A DNA stretch of 64,000 nt from Eledone cirrhosa. Taxonomy: Eukaryota. Every line of letters starts with the position of its first letter. Position 1 is the first letter of the stretch. Under the pieces are notes generated by a model that did no database searches, had not been told where the DNA came from, and saw only the letters and a program-made list of their open reading frames with translations. Shown piece after piece: positions 50,965 to 64,000 of this stretch. A program made the translations under genes and the position numbers. The stretch is taken from positions 18,290,001 to 18,354,000 of the forward strand of contig OZ024763.1 in the NCBI GenBank assembly GCA_964016885.1. Direction: 5' to 3'.

Positions 50965-51267
50965 TACACATACACACACACTCTTCACCCAAACATATAT
51001 CAAGTACTACTCCAATTTGTGGTTTCCCCGGTCTACGAACCGTGAACACATACATACATACATATATATATATATATACACACACACTCTTCACCCAAAC
51101 ATATATGAAGTACTACTCCAATTTGTGGTTTCCCCGGTCTACGAACCGTGAACACATACATACATACATACATATATATATATACACACACACACACACA
51201 CTCTGCACCCAAACATATATCAAGTACTACTCCGAATTGTGGTTTCCCCGGTCTACGAACCGTGAAC

Positions 51268-51302
<35 letters not shown>

Positions 51303-51483
51303 TATACACACACACACTCTTCACCCAAACATATATGAAGTACTACTCCAATTTGTGGTTTCCCCGGTCTACGAACCGTGAACACACTCATACATACATA
51401 TATATATACACACACTCTTCACCCAAACATATATCAAGTACTACTCCGAATTGTGGTTTCCCCGGTCTACGAACCGTGAACAC

Positions 51484-51531
<48 letters not shown>

Positions 51532-51611
51532 TCTGCACCCAAACATATATCAAGTACTACTCCGAATTGTGGTTTCCCCGGTCTACGAACCGTGAACACA
51601 TACATACATAC

Positions 51612-51645
<34 letters not shown>

Positions 51646-51715
51646 TCTGCACCCAAACATATATCAAGTACTACTCCGAATTGTGGTTTCCCCGGTCTAC
51701 GAACCGTGAACACAC
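50326..51715. repeat. 12 copies of a conserved core of about 68 bp separated by variable microsatellite linkers
   Basis: Core ctct(t/g)cacccaaacatatatcaagtactactcc(aat/gaa)ttgtggtttccccggtctacgaaccgtgaaca. Confidence 0.93.
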
Positions 51716-51823
<108 letters not shown>

Positions 51824-52113
51824 TGGTGGATTGAGATAATTTTTACAGAAGCCAAGCTCCAGTCGTTACTCTGGCGTTTTCACCTGTATAATCACTTACA
51901 GGTCGTCACTATGACTACACAGGTGAAACTCTAGAGTAGCATGACTCGCTTTTTTTTTTTTTTTTTTTTTTGCCACGTTCAATTTCACGCTCATTAAACC
52001 AACTGGAGCACTCATCGTCGGAATAGACGGAGATCCGATACGACATACACACATAAATACGCACATGTATACATATATACACACACATGTGTGTGTATTT
52101 ATATATTTACACT

Positions 52114-52147
<34 letters not shown>

Positions 52148-52210
52148 CTCGTGTGCATTTATGTTTGTATGTCGTATCGGATCTCCGTCGACGACACTCA
52201 CGCAATATAC

Positions 52211-52410
52211 ACGAGGGTCGGCTGAAAAGTTCACAGGCTGACTAGAAAGGAGTGATGCTGGAGCAGTGAAATCTTGCATGCATCAATTTTAACTTCTCTT
52301 ACTAATAACTGGATCGTTCCTTTCCAGGGACTATGTTGAAAAAGAAACTTCATTTGATCATTCCATGAGAGTATCTTGGCCAGCGTATGAACTTTTCAGT
52401 CGACACTCGC
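52211..52410. mobile_element. Mariner-type MITE of about 200 bp
   Basis: TIR cgagggtcggctgaaaagttca / tgaacttttcagtcgacactcg. Relatives at 7948-8320 and 58171-58360. Confidence 0.8.
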
Positions 52411-52480
52411 GTATGTATATGTGTATGTATGTATATATATATATATATATATATACAAAAGGCAAATAGAAACATCGAAG

Positions 52481-52517
<37 letters not shown>

Positions 52518-52539
52518 TATACACACGCGAAAGGTTCAT

Positions 52540-52952
52540 ATGCTAACCAAGATACCCTCATGGAATGAGCAAATGAGGTTTATGTTAACCAAGATACCCT
52601 CATGGAATGAGAAAATGAGATTTGTTAACCAAGATACCCTCATGGAATGAGCAAATGAGGTTTATGTTAACCAAGATACCCTCATGGAATGAGAAAATGA
52701 GGTTTATGTTAACCAAGATACCCTCATGGAATGAGAAAATGAGATTTGTTAACCAAGATACCCTCATGGAATGAGCAAATGAGGTTTATGTTAACCAAGA
52801 TACCCTCATGGAATGAGAAAATGAGGTTTGTTAACCAAGATACCCTCATGGAATGAGAAAATGAGATTTGTTAACCAAGATACCCTCATGGAATGAGCAA
52901 ATGAGGTTTATGTTAACCAAGATACCCTCATGGAATGAGAAAATGAGGTTTA
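52540..52952. repeat. 39-42 bp tandem array (about 10 copies) derived from the mariner-type MITE interior, inverted
   Basis: aaccaagataccctcatggaatgagcaaatgagg is the reverse complement of the MITE segment catttgatcattccatgagagtatcttgg. Confidence 0.88.
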
Positions 52953-53369
52953 TTTATATATATATACACACACACACGTGTGTGTTAAGTTACCTCCCAT
53001 CAAAACAGAAAAGCGGCAAGAATTTTTACACATTTATTCAGTTATCGCTTTATAAGCTTTTATAGTAAACATACACCAAAACGTTATTTCTCTCTCTTGT
53101 AAAATGAGAGGTGAGGTTTAGTCAAAATGCCTAATTCGTTTAACATCTAAGTGGAAAGATCTCACCAATAAACATGGACCCCTTATTAATGGCTGCTGTA
53201 GAGAGAAATATATATATATATGTGTGTGTGTATATAAACATATATATATCTATATATATCATTGAAGGAGTCACACGATATCACAAAATGGATTCACATG
53301 AGGAAAGATAGAAGCATATATATCGGTAACCCTGTTCGAGTTAGGCTCCTAAAACACACACACACACAC

Positions 53370-53436
<67 letters not shown>

Positions 53437-53683
53437 AAGGTATATATTGAGTTAGAAACTCAAAATAGTCTCTTACAATAAAATAGCTCTAGGAAAGAGA
53501 TTTTTCCGAGCCGTATAATATAATTGAATATAAAAGAGAGATAAACACAGATATATACATATGTATCCTTAGTTAGTACTTTTTTCACCTTAGCGAATCT
53601 GGTCCCTTACGATCTGAACACATATATGTAATATATCTGTGTTTATCTCTCTTTTATATTCAATTATTATATATATATATATA

Positions 53684-53782
53684 CAGAGTGTCCCAAAAAA
53701 TGTATACATACTTTGATTTCTTGAACAGGCAATATTTATTAGAATGCTGTTGAAGTGTGTATACATTTTTGGGGACACTCTG
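53684..53782. mobile_element. Tc1/mariner-type MITE with TA flanks
   Basis: ta-cagagtgtcccaaaaaatgtatac...gtatacatttttggggacactctg-ta. Confidence 0.85.
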
Positions 53783-53831
<49 letters not shown>

Positions 53832-54244
53832 CGAAGGAAGTGTGGTAAGGAACCAGGTGGACCATAACGCACCAAAGTACTCCATACTTAGGGTAGTAGA
53901 GTGGGTAATAGGAAAACGAAAACGTCCGGAAATAGCCGCCGAAACGGCTTGAGCTCTGCCGTCGGGGTCTTGAACATTTTCCAATACACACACACACAGT
54001 TGCCTGAATGTGTGGTTGTAATCACCGAAGAAAGATACCTCAATATGTAATCATATAAGTAAATATACTTCATCGTGTCTACCCAACAACCAGCAGATTG
54101 TACTTTAGTTACAGGTTGTTACAATTGCTTAAATTCAGTTATACAAATATCTTCTCTTACTATTTCACCCCACTTAAACTACCCCCATTTATCACATGTG
54201 TGTGAATGCCTCTGTACAATATTTTCCCCGGGTTTTTTTTATTT

Positions 54245-54552
54245 TTTTTAGGTTTTCACGGTAAATTTTAAGGTTAACCGTACTAGATATACATTATATA
54301 TTTGAACCAAAGGAATACTAAATTAGTGCCAATTGAACGGGCTTTTTTTTATGTTTTCACGGTAAATTTTAAGGTTAACCATAATAGATATACATTTCTA
54401 CATATTTGAACCAAAGGAATACTAAATTAATGCCAATTGAACGGGCTTTTTTTTTTAGGTTTTCACGGTAAATTATAAGGTTAACCATGCTTGATATACA
54501 TTTCTACATATTTGAACCACAGGAATACTAAATCTATGCCAATTGAACGGGT
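54245..54552. repeat. Three tandem copies of a unit of about 103 bp
   Basis: ttttcacggtaaattttaaggttaacc...gccaattgaacggg repeated three times. Confidence 0.88.
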
Positions 54553-55570
54553 TCACATGTACTTCAGGGAGGGGGGGGGGGGGTTTTTACAAAATCTGAT
54601 GGTTTTAATTACTGGCTAATGTAATTAAATTAATAAAAAAAAAGCTTTTATTATTGTTGATTTTTTTTTACTAATATCTGGCAGAGATCAATGAAAAGAT
54701 CACAGCATGCTTATAGCAGGGAAAACGAACGTTAAATGATGATTATATGTATATATATATAATATATATATATAGTATTTAAGTATCACATATATATATA
54801 TATGAATGGTATCCCGAAGGGGATCGGGAAAAAACCCAGTTAAGTAAGGTACTCAATATGTTAAAGAATAAACATATTTATAAATATATATACTGTGTGT
54901 GTGTGTGTGTATATATATATATACACATACATATTGTGTATATATAACAATTTGTATAGATATTGTTTCTATATAACAATTTGTGCTGAGTTTTCAATTA
55001 CCAGTTAAGATACAAGATGAACTCTTAAAGGATTAATCTTAATAATTTATTTGCGTGAAGCAATTTTCTTTCATTTAAGCAAAAAAACAACAGATTTTTC
55101 AATCATTCGGGCATCGTGGGGGAGAAAAAAGGAAAATATATGGAAAGAGAGAAAATCTTCCATGTCCCATTTTTTTTTTTAGGTTTTGTAAAATATATCT
55201 TGATCCTTTAACAGAGAGCTGAGACTTTATCACAAGATGACAGAATGAATTAACTATGTATGGTGTATAAGATTGCATAAAGAGGGAGGTTTATGTAATG
55301 AAACAGAAGCTAGGATATTAAACTGTAAATTTGGAGACCATACTGCGTATTGCTGATTTGAAAAATGAAAACTTCTTGTGTAAGCTAGATCACAGTGAAA
55401 AGCAAACAGGTACCCTTTTAACATGTTACAATGCGGTTTTATGGCCTCGTTTGAACGTTACGATTAGTACATGTCCATCGGGAAATAAAAACCTATGGAA
55501 ATCAGGTTGAACATAGAATGGGGAGAAGAAAAACGACGGTAAACAACAATAATTGAGAGCAACAACATAC

Positions 55571-55590
55571 CGCTTTTTAGCATCTGCCAT
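55571..55590 (-). CDS. NSRP1: NSRP1 exon 1 coding part: MADAKK(R)
   Basis: caaacATGG start context and gtatgt donor. The phase 2 end joins exon 2 to give MADAKKRYGL, similar to NSRP1 N-termini. Confidence 0.8.
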
Positions 55591-55720
55591 GTTTGGTATA
55601 AAGGAGTGAATAATTCTCGCTCTCTGATTGGTGGAATATGTTAGCAATTGTCGCTGGGGACTTGCTTGGCTAAATTGTTGTGAATGTAAGGGAATTACGT
55701 TGGGAGTAATGAATGTTAAT
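55591..55720 (-). promoter_or_regulatory. Putative NSRP1 5' UTR and core promoter with CCAAT box (55627-55631)
   Basis: Minus strand ccaccaatcag just upstream of the ATG, in repeat-free sequence. TSS not determinable. Confidence 0.4.
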
Positions 55721-56830
55721 TATATTTTGTGGTGTTTTATAAAGTAAAAAAACAGAAAAATATATTATATATATATAAATGGAATTGTTGAAAAAGAATA
55801 CAAAAATACAAGGGAGAAAGGAGACCTATAAAAAAGGGGTGGGGGGTTAATTATAATAGTTAATAGTTAATACTTAACACAAGGAAGAAAAAAAAAATGT
55901 AGATTTAAACCAGCAAATTTCGTTATATTAATACAAACATTTACACCTTTTGTCTCTCACCTGAATATTAATATAATGTCTAGCGGACTTTGAAATATTT
56001 TACGATATTTTAAAAAGGGTAAGGCGACACGATCACAATAGTTAATAGATTATTTTTTTACTTACATAGATAAGAAGTGGCGTGCGTGTAGATTAAACAA
56101 ATTATACAGCCAACAGCAAATTTTAGTTGGTTATACAAACACACCTTTGGTCATTATTGACTGGCTCTGATAAACTCTTTGAAATATATATTTCACGATG
56201 TTTAAATCGAACAAAGAAATGTATAAACATTTATGATAGTTAGTGAAATATATTATCACACATTGCCTGAAAGTTGTAGCAGGTGTAACAATTTAAAATC
56301 AAGCTGTTTTCATAGTTTTGGAGTGTTGTGTTGTGTTGTGTAATAATATACTTATCTCTCTGTGATTTGGGGGGGCTTTCTTTTTTTGCATTGATCTTCC
56401 GATATTTTGTTTGTTTGTTGTTCTTTCTCTCTCTATATATATATAAATCGTTCTATTCATCTATAGCATCATCTGGTATCATGATAGCTCCATTCACTTG
56501 TAAAGATGGCACATAAGAGAACAGGCTAATATTTTACTGTGTGCGGTACCTCCTCTCTTCTCTGCCTGATCAACTTAACTCCACACTTACAAGGTCTCTT
56601 GACATAGTTACTCGCAAAAACAAACAAAAGAAATAATCTTTTTCTTTTTTGTTGTGCAGTTTTTTTTTTTACTACATATGCTTAATGATTTTTAAAGGCC
56701 TATTTTTGTATATACACTATATATATATATATATATATGTGTGTGTATTATTTTCCCAGGTGTTTATATTTTAAGTTGTCGTAACAACCATACTTCGTTA
56801 TAGTATTTGTGCATGTGTATATATATATAC

Positions 56831-56861
<31 letters not shown>

Positions 56862-58902
56862 TATATATATATGTGTGTGTGCGCGTGTGGATATATATAT
56901 AGATATTAATAATAATTACGAAGATCAAAATCCGAAGCGGGCTCGAGAAGTATTGTATATATATATATACCCGTAGAGCAAGTGTGTGTATGTATTAAAC
57001 GTGTATGTCTGTGTGTCCCCGAATAAAGCGAGAGCAGTGAAGGTATCTGTAGAAAATAGAGCGCACGACTCAATACTTCTCAATGGGTGTATATTTTCAT
57101 CCTTCGATGTTCTGTTCAGATGTTAAACCAGCAAGGAAGTGGTGGTGGTGAGGTAGATGTCGACACCTTAACTTTATCTATCTATCTATTTATCTATCTC
57201 TCTAATAAAGAAGCATATCTATCTGTGATCTAAGATTTGTCGACTATAGTTCATACCACGAGATATCTTGCCCCACGGTTGATGTAACCGACACCATTAC
57301 TAGTTCTATTTAAAACTTTCGCCTTCTGACTAATCTAGATATACTATCTTTATTATCACTAATTATATAATATGGGCCCGTAACTCCTGGCAGATTCGTA
57401 GGGGTGCTGTAGTAGCATAGGACGTTTCTAGGGCATTTGTTTTTAACCCAGACTTGCCAACCTCTAAAAACCTAAACGGGGAGTACCATGAAAAAAAGTA
57501 CCCCCAAAAGGAGGAGAAATGAGGCAAAATGGGGAGATTTTACATAATGAAAGCTATACCCATTTTCACTAGAGAAGACATATCTCACCCACCCCAAAGT
57601 GGGTGGCAGATCTCCCCCGTCGGACGTTTTAGCCTGACAGAGCCCATCTCCTCTCTAGGTCTAAATACAGCAGATTTCTTCCAGAAAAGGATAGAAAGTG
57701 AGAGAGAGAGGGCGAGGAGAAAGAGATGCAGAAGAAGAATGGAGGCCAGTATTAGACTGGTACATTTTTTATCGACCTTGAAAGGATGAAAGGTAAAGTT
57801 GACTTAGGTTTAATCACTATATGCACTTCAAATTCCGCTGAGGTCAACTTTGATTTTCACCCTTCCTGGGGCGGGGGTGGGTCGATAAAAAGAGTCCCAG
57901 TCAAGTACTTGTGTCGATATAATCGACTTACCTCCATCCGAGCAAAGATTGCTGGCCCTGTGCCAAAATTAAAGACCATTATCACAATACGAAGTACCAG
58001 GTTAGGTTAGTGTGTGTGAAGGGGGATCTGTAGCATCTACTGTATAAGGAAAGCCCTAAATGTTATTAAAGTATGATATAAAGGTTAAAAGCCGGATAGT
58101 ATTACAGTATAACGCACCTAGCACGAGACCCCTGAAAATGTGGGCCCATAGCAAATGCTACTCTTGCTAGTACGAGGGTTGACTGAAAGGTTCATAGGCT
58201 GACTATGAAGGAGTGGTGTAATGCTAGAGATGTGAAATCTTTCAGGCATTAATTTCAACTCTTCCTATTAATAACTGCATTGTTTATTTCCAGGGACTAT
58301 GTTGAAAAATAAACATCATTTGGTCATTCCATGAGAGTATCTTGGTCAGCCTATAAACTTAGGTAAAGCACAGACAGAGCCATGTGGTTAAGGAGTTCAC
58401 TAGGATATCACTTGGTTTGGGGTTTAATCTAAGTGGCCCCTTGGGCACCAAGTCAAATATCTTTTTTTAGGATTGAGCAATACCTTGTGAGTGAAATTTT
58501 GTAGATGGAAACTGCAGAAGCCTGTCATAGATCCAATCCAGTTCAACCCAGGGCCTTCTCACTCCTGTTGAAGGAACCCTTCCTGGTTGGCCTCCACCAC
58601 TTTCTGTCTCCTCATTTGATCCCCTTCAATTATTATTAAACCAGGTCCCTGCTACATTCAATGCTCTAATCCAATCCAGGGCCTTCTCACTCCTGTTGAA
58701 GGAACCCCTCCCTGGTTGACCTCCACCACTTTCTGTTTGGTTTTGGTCATGTCTTCAGGGGTGAAGCTGTACTCACCAGGCTTGGCCAATTGCAGGTTGG
58801 TGAGGCTATTTAACCCATAGTTGGGGTGGATGGCCGTTGACTCTGAGGAGTTCATCTGTTGTTGTTTTTTGTGCTGCTGGGGTTCCACTTACCTTTCTCA
58901 CT

Positions 58903-60915
58903 GGACCAGTGTCTGGTGGGGGAGCTGGTTTAGTTGCTGACCACTTGACCAAGAAGCAGGTTGTACTCGGTTACATAGTACCAATAGCAAGCAGAAACCT
59001 GACCAGACCAGTGTCTGGTGGGGGAGCTGGTTTAGTTGCTGACCACTTGACCAAGAAGCAGGTTGTACTAGGTTACATAGTACCAATAGCAAGCAGAAAC
59101 CTGACCTGACCAGTGTCTGGTGGGGGAGCTGGTTTAGTTGCTGACCACTTGACCAAGAAGCAGGTTGTACTAGGTTACATAGTACCAATAGCAAGCAGAA
59201 ACCTGACCAGACCAGTGTCTGGTGGGGGAGCTGGTTTAGTTGCTGACCACTTGCCAAGAAGCAGGTTGTACTCGGTTACATAGTACCAATAGCAAGCAGA
59301 AACCTGACCAGACCAGTGTCTGGTGGGCGAGCTGGTTTAGTTGCTGACCACTTGCCAAGAAGCAGGTTGTACTCGGTTACATAGTACCAATAGCAAGCAG
59401 AAACCTGACCAGACCAGTGTCTGGTGGGGGAGCTGGTTTAGTTGCTGACCACTTGACCAAGAAGCAGGTTGTACTAGGTTACATAGTACCAATAGCAAGC
59501 AGAAACCTGACCAGACAAGTGTCTGGTGGGGGAGCTGGTTTAGTTGCTGACCACTTGCCAAGAAGCAGGTTGTACTCGGTTACATAGTACCAATAGCAAG
59601 CAGAAACCTGACCAGACCAGTGTCTGGTGGGGGAGCTGGTTTAGTTGCTGACCACTTGACCAAGAAGCAGGTTGTACTAGGTTACATAGTACCAATAGCA
59701 AGCAAAAACCTGACCAGACCAGTGTCTGGTGGGGGGGCTGGTTTAGTTGCTGACCACTTGACCAAGAAGCAGGTTGTACTTGGTTACATAGTACCAATAA
59801 CAAGCAGAAACCTGACCAGACCAGTGTCTGGTGGGGGAGCTGGTTTAGTTGCTGACCACTTGCCAAGAAGCAGGTTGTACTTGGTTACATAGTACCAATA
59901 GCAAGCAGAAACCTGACCAGACCAGTGTCTGGTGGGGGAGCTGGTTTAGTTGCTGACCACTTGACCAAGAAGCAGGTTGTACTCGGTTACATAATACCAA
60001 TAGCAAGCAAAAACCTGACCAGACCAGTGTCTGGTGGGGGAGCTGGTTTAGTTGCTGACCACTTGACCAAGAAGCAGGTTGTACTCGGTTACATAATACC
60101 AATAGCAAGCAAAAACCTGACCAGACCAGTGTCTGGTGGGGGAGCTGGTTTAGTTGCTGACCACTTGCCAAGAAGCAGGTTGTACTCGGTTACATAGTAC
60201 CAATAGCAAGCAGAAACCTGACCAGACCAGTGTCTGGTGGGGGAGCTGGTTTAGTTGCTGACCACTTGCCAAGAAGCAGGTTGTACTTGGTTACATAGTA
60301 CCAATAGCAAGCAGAAACCTGACCAGACCAGTGTCTGGTGGGGGAGCTGGTTTAGTTGCTGACCACTTGCCAAGAAGCAGGTTGTACTCGGTTACATAGT
60401 ACCAATAGCAAGCAGAAACCTGACCAGACCAGTGTCTGGTGGGGGAGCTGGTTTAGTTGCTGACCACTTGACCAAGAAGCAGGTTGTACTTGGTTACATA
60501 GTACCAATAACAAGCAGAAACCTGACCAGACCAGTGTCTGGTGGGGGAGCTGGTTTAGTTGCTGACCACTTGCCAAGAAGCAGGTTGTACTTGGTTACAT
60601 AGTACCAATAGCAAGCAGAAACCTGACCAGACCAGTGTCTGGTGGGGCAGCTGGTTTAGTTGCTGACCACTTGACCAAGAAGCAGGTTGTACTCGGTTAC
60701 ATAATACCAATAGCAAGCAAAAACCTGACCAGACCAGTGTCTGGTGGGGGAGCTGGTTTAGTTGCTGACCACTTGACCAAGAAGCAGGTTGTACTCGGTT
60801 ACATAATACCAATAGCAAGCAAAAACCTGACCAGACCAGTGTCTGGTGGGGGAGCTGGTTTAGTTGCTGACCACTTGACCATGAAGTAGGTTGTACTGGG
60901 TTACATGGTACCATT
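58903..60915. repeat. 101/102-bp tandem array, about 20 copies
   Basis: Unit gaccagtgtctggtgggggagctggtttagttgctgaccacttg...caggttgtact.ggttacatagtaccaatagcaagcagaaacctgacca. Related single copies at about 6410-6500 and 39905-40020. Confidence 0.96.
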
Positions 60916-61749
60916 AGCAGGCCTGTCACTATATATATTATTATACTTTGGGAAGGTCATGCTGCCAATAAAAACACATGCATCTGTTGGATTTCGCTTC
61001 AATTTATTATAAAGACCCAGTTCGTTAGTTTAATAAGCAGATGGCTGTTTAGTTGATTGTCATCAAAGCTCTTTCATCACACATTCTGTAACCCCCTCAG
61101 TGATTACCTTTGTTGTTATTGTGTGTTTCTCCTTTGTTCTGTCCTACACTGTCTTGTAGAGAAGAAGAACAAACCTTCCAGCCATGGTTGGTTCTTTGGT
61201 GTGTGTGTGTGGGGTGGGGGGGGGTATTAAAAATTGATTTCTTACATTTTTAGATATTGAACAAAATAGAAAAAAATCCAGAAACAGCAAAAAAAATAAT
61301 AATAAATAATAAAAACAAAAGAAAACATTTTAATAGAGATAATTTATTAATTAAAAATATATATATACATTTCAAAACCAAAAATAAAGACCAGTTTAAC
61401 ATAACATTGTTTCTGATTTAGGCACAAGGCCAACAATATTTTGAGGGGGAGTGGAAGAGAAAGTTGATTAAATTGACCCCAGTGCATTACTGATACTTTA
61501 TTCTATCAGAATGTAAAGGGCCAGGTTAAGTCAAAGATTTGGCATGAAAGACAATACACACATAAATACATATAAACATACACATAAATACATAAACATA
61601 AACACACACACACACACACACACACCAAAGTGTCTCACTAGTAGAAAAAAAATGAATAAATAATAACTGATTAGGCAAACAATTAATTAATAGCTAACAA
61701 ACAATACAGAGCATGAAAAATGACAAAAATGATGACTAAAAAGTGAAAG

Positions 61750-62482
61750 AAAAATGAAAAATAAATAGGGAATGAAAAATAAATAGGGAATGAAAAATAT
61801 ATAAGGAATGAAAAATAAATAGGGAATGAAAAATAAATAGGGAATGAAAAATATATAGGGACTGAATAATAAATAGGGAATGAAAAATATATAAGGAATG
61901 AAAAATAAATAGGGAATGAAAAATAAATAGGGAATGAAAAATATATAGGGACTGAATAATAAATAGGGAATGAAAAATATATAAGGAATGAAAAATAAAT
62001 AGGGAATGAAAAATAAATAGGGAATGAAAAATATATAGGGACTGAATAATAAATAGGGAATGAAAAATATATAGGGAATGAAAAATATATAGGGAATGAA
62101 AAATATATAAGGAACGAAAAATATATAGGGACTGAATAATAAATAGGGAATGAAAAATATATAGGGAATGAAAAATATATAGGGAATGAAAAATAAATAG
62201 GGAATGAAAAATATATAAGGAATGAAAAATATATAGGGACTGAATAATAAATAGGGAATGAAAAATAAATAGGGAATGAAAAATAAATAAGGAATGAAAA
62301 ATATATAGGGACTGAATAATAAATAGGGAATGAAAAATATATAGGGAATGAAAAATAAATAGGGAACGAAAAATATATAAGGAATGAAAAATAAATAGGG
62401 AATGAAAAATAAATAAGGAATGAAAAATAAATAGGGAATGAAAAATAAATAGGGAATGAAAAATATATAAGGAATGAAAAAT
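61750..62482. repeat. 18-bp A-rich minisatellite (about 40 copies) with partial 90-bp higher-order period
   Basis: gggaatgaaaaataaata units. Variant gggactgaataat recurs at 61858, 61948, 62038 and 62128. Confidence 0.93.
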
Positions 62483-63632
62483 TTCAATTCGAATAAGCAA
62501 TGACCAAAAAATGAAAAATACAGAATAGTGAATGAAAAAATTTTAAATGAATATATAGGGAAAGAAAAATTAAAAAAATATATAAATAGGGAAAGAAAAA
62601 TAAAAAAATAAATAGAGAAATAAAAATTAAAAAAATAAATAAATAGGGAATGAAAAATTAAAAAACAACAGGGAATTAAGAATGAAAACCAAACCCCCAA
62701 AAAGAACGAATCAATACAGAATAAATAAAAGTTTTTTTTGCTGAAAGAAATACCATATTTCCCAGCATCGAAGACCCTACTTTTTTCCTAAAAAGAGTCT
62801 CAAAAATCTACCATGTATCCTGGAGGTCAAAGGTTGTTTATTATTTTTTTCTTTCAAACTTTTGGTTGTCAAAATTAGAGTGCGCCCTCGAGGACAAAGT
62901 ATCTTTGGCACCGGGAAATACAGTAATTCCAAATTTAGAAGTAGATCTAAATAAAATATACCTGTATGGATCCCCTTAACTCTTGATAGAGTTGTAGGGG
63001 CACCATAGTGACATACAATGTGTCATTGTCATGGGGAAGTCATTTTTTAAAAACCTGACTGAAGCCCCATCCCTTTCCAGGTTTAAACACAGCCGATTAT
63101 TATTATTTTTTTTTTTTTGCCAGAGAAGAAGGTGAGAGAGAAATAGAAAGAGTGGTAGATAGGGAAATGAGAGAAAGAGATATAAAGGAAGAATTGATCC
63201 CAGTATTACACTGGTACTTTTTTTACCGACCTCGAAAGGATGAAAGGCAAAGTTGACCTCAGTGGGATTTGAACTCAGAGACTGCAGTAAGCAGGAATGA
63301 ACACAGCACACAGCATTCTATCCAATGTTCTAACGACCCTGTCAAATTACCACCTTAGATCTTATATATTTACAGAAAATAATTATACAAACAGAATCAG
63401 AAATTTTTTCTTTTTTTTTTTTCATCGTTAAAAATAAAAATGGATAAATAATTTTAATTTAATTTGTTTTTTTGCTGAGTAGTTAGGTCGTGAGTTCATA
63501 TTCTATCATGTCCACTTATAGCAGAGGTTCTCAATTTTTTGGAGCCACTGCCCCCCTCATGGTCAAGTAATACGCTCAGCGCCCCCAACCCTATTTCCAA
63601 AGATACCTGCCTACACGCAAATTGTAAATAAT

Positions 63633-64000
63633 CTATATATAATATAAAAGAGAGATGTTTATTGATTGGTTGAATCACACGAAAATATATATACACACAC
63701 ACACATCTAAAGAGAGAGAGAGACACAGAGGCAGAAAGAGAGAGAGGGGCCATTATACAAAGAGAGATACAATTAAAAGAGAGAGAGAGAGAGTGATGTT
63801 CCTCATCGGCTTAAACTATAGACCAAAGAATATCTATTGAAGGTTTAACAATATTGCGTTAGTTTTTATAAAGTTGTTTTACAGTCTTTGATTTTACAGA
63901 ACAAAGAAAAATTGATACTATTTGAAATGAATCTATCCTCCAGTTTTTATCCATATACTACTTACAGACCGTACTAACGAAGCTAAACACTTCAGAAGCA
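63633..64000 (+). mobile_element. Possible Helitron 5' end running off the window
   Basis: a|TCTATATATAATATAAAAGAG start resembles 43703. The 3' end is not visible. Confidence 0.35.

Noticed and set aside
50326-51715. CRISPR array
   Set aside because: Eukaryotic context, repeat too long, spacers are microsatellites of variable length rather than unique sequences, no cas genes.
61687-62700. 337-aa hydrophobic, membrane-like ORF
   Set aside because: Translation of an 18-bp T-rich minisatellite (FFIPYL repeats).
56300-63100. Divergent plus-strand gene sharing the NSRP1 promoter (candidate bits at about 56470 and 62770-62970)
   Set aside because: Only short frames with weak splice signals and no recognisable protein. 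Cannot be supported without transcript data.

Overview
AT-rich, microsatellite-dense animal genomic DNA. The SINE and microsatellite style suggests an octopod cephalopod, which is an inference. The main content is one complete spliced gene on the minus strand, NSRP1/CCDC55 (nuclear speckle splicing regulatory protein 1). I reconstructed 8 coding exons by hand: 55571-55590, 45173-45251, 34980-35045, 33200-33328, 31746-31953, 28872-28986, 23258-23332 and 18580-20599. All introns are GT-AG, phases are consistent, and the CDS is 2712 nt (903 aa). Downstream lie a 5'-truncated, disrupted CR1-group LINE (about 12.1-16.1 kb) inside a trinucleotide microsatellite and an intronless 297-aa ORF I do not recognise (234-1127, minus). 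The introns hold tRNA-derived SINEs, MITEs (mariner-, piggyBac- and hAT-like), a non-autonomous Helitron, Penelope-like remnants with minimal hammerhead motifs, and more than 10 minisatellite arrays, several traceable to transposon fragments. Most short ORFs in the track are microsatellite or minisatellite artefacts. No rRNA, true tRNA gene or CRISPR array was seen. The most interesting observations are opposed arrays of one 48-bp unit around exon 2, three foldbacks downstream of the stop codon, G-rich arrays next to two 5' splice sites, hammerhead motifs, and the orphan ORF.
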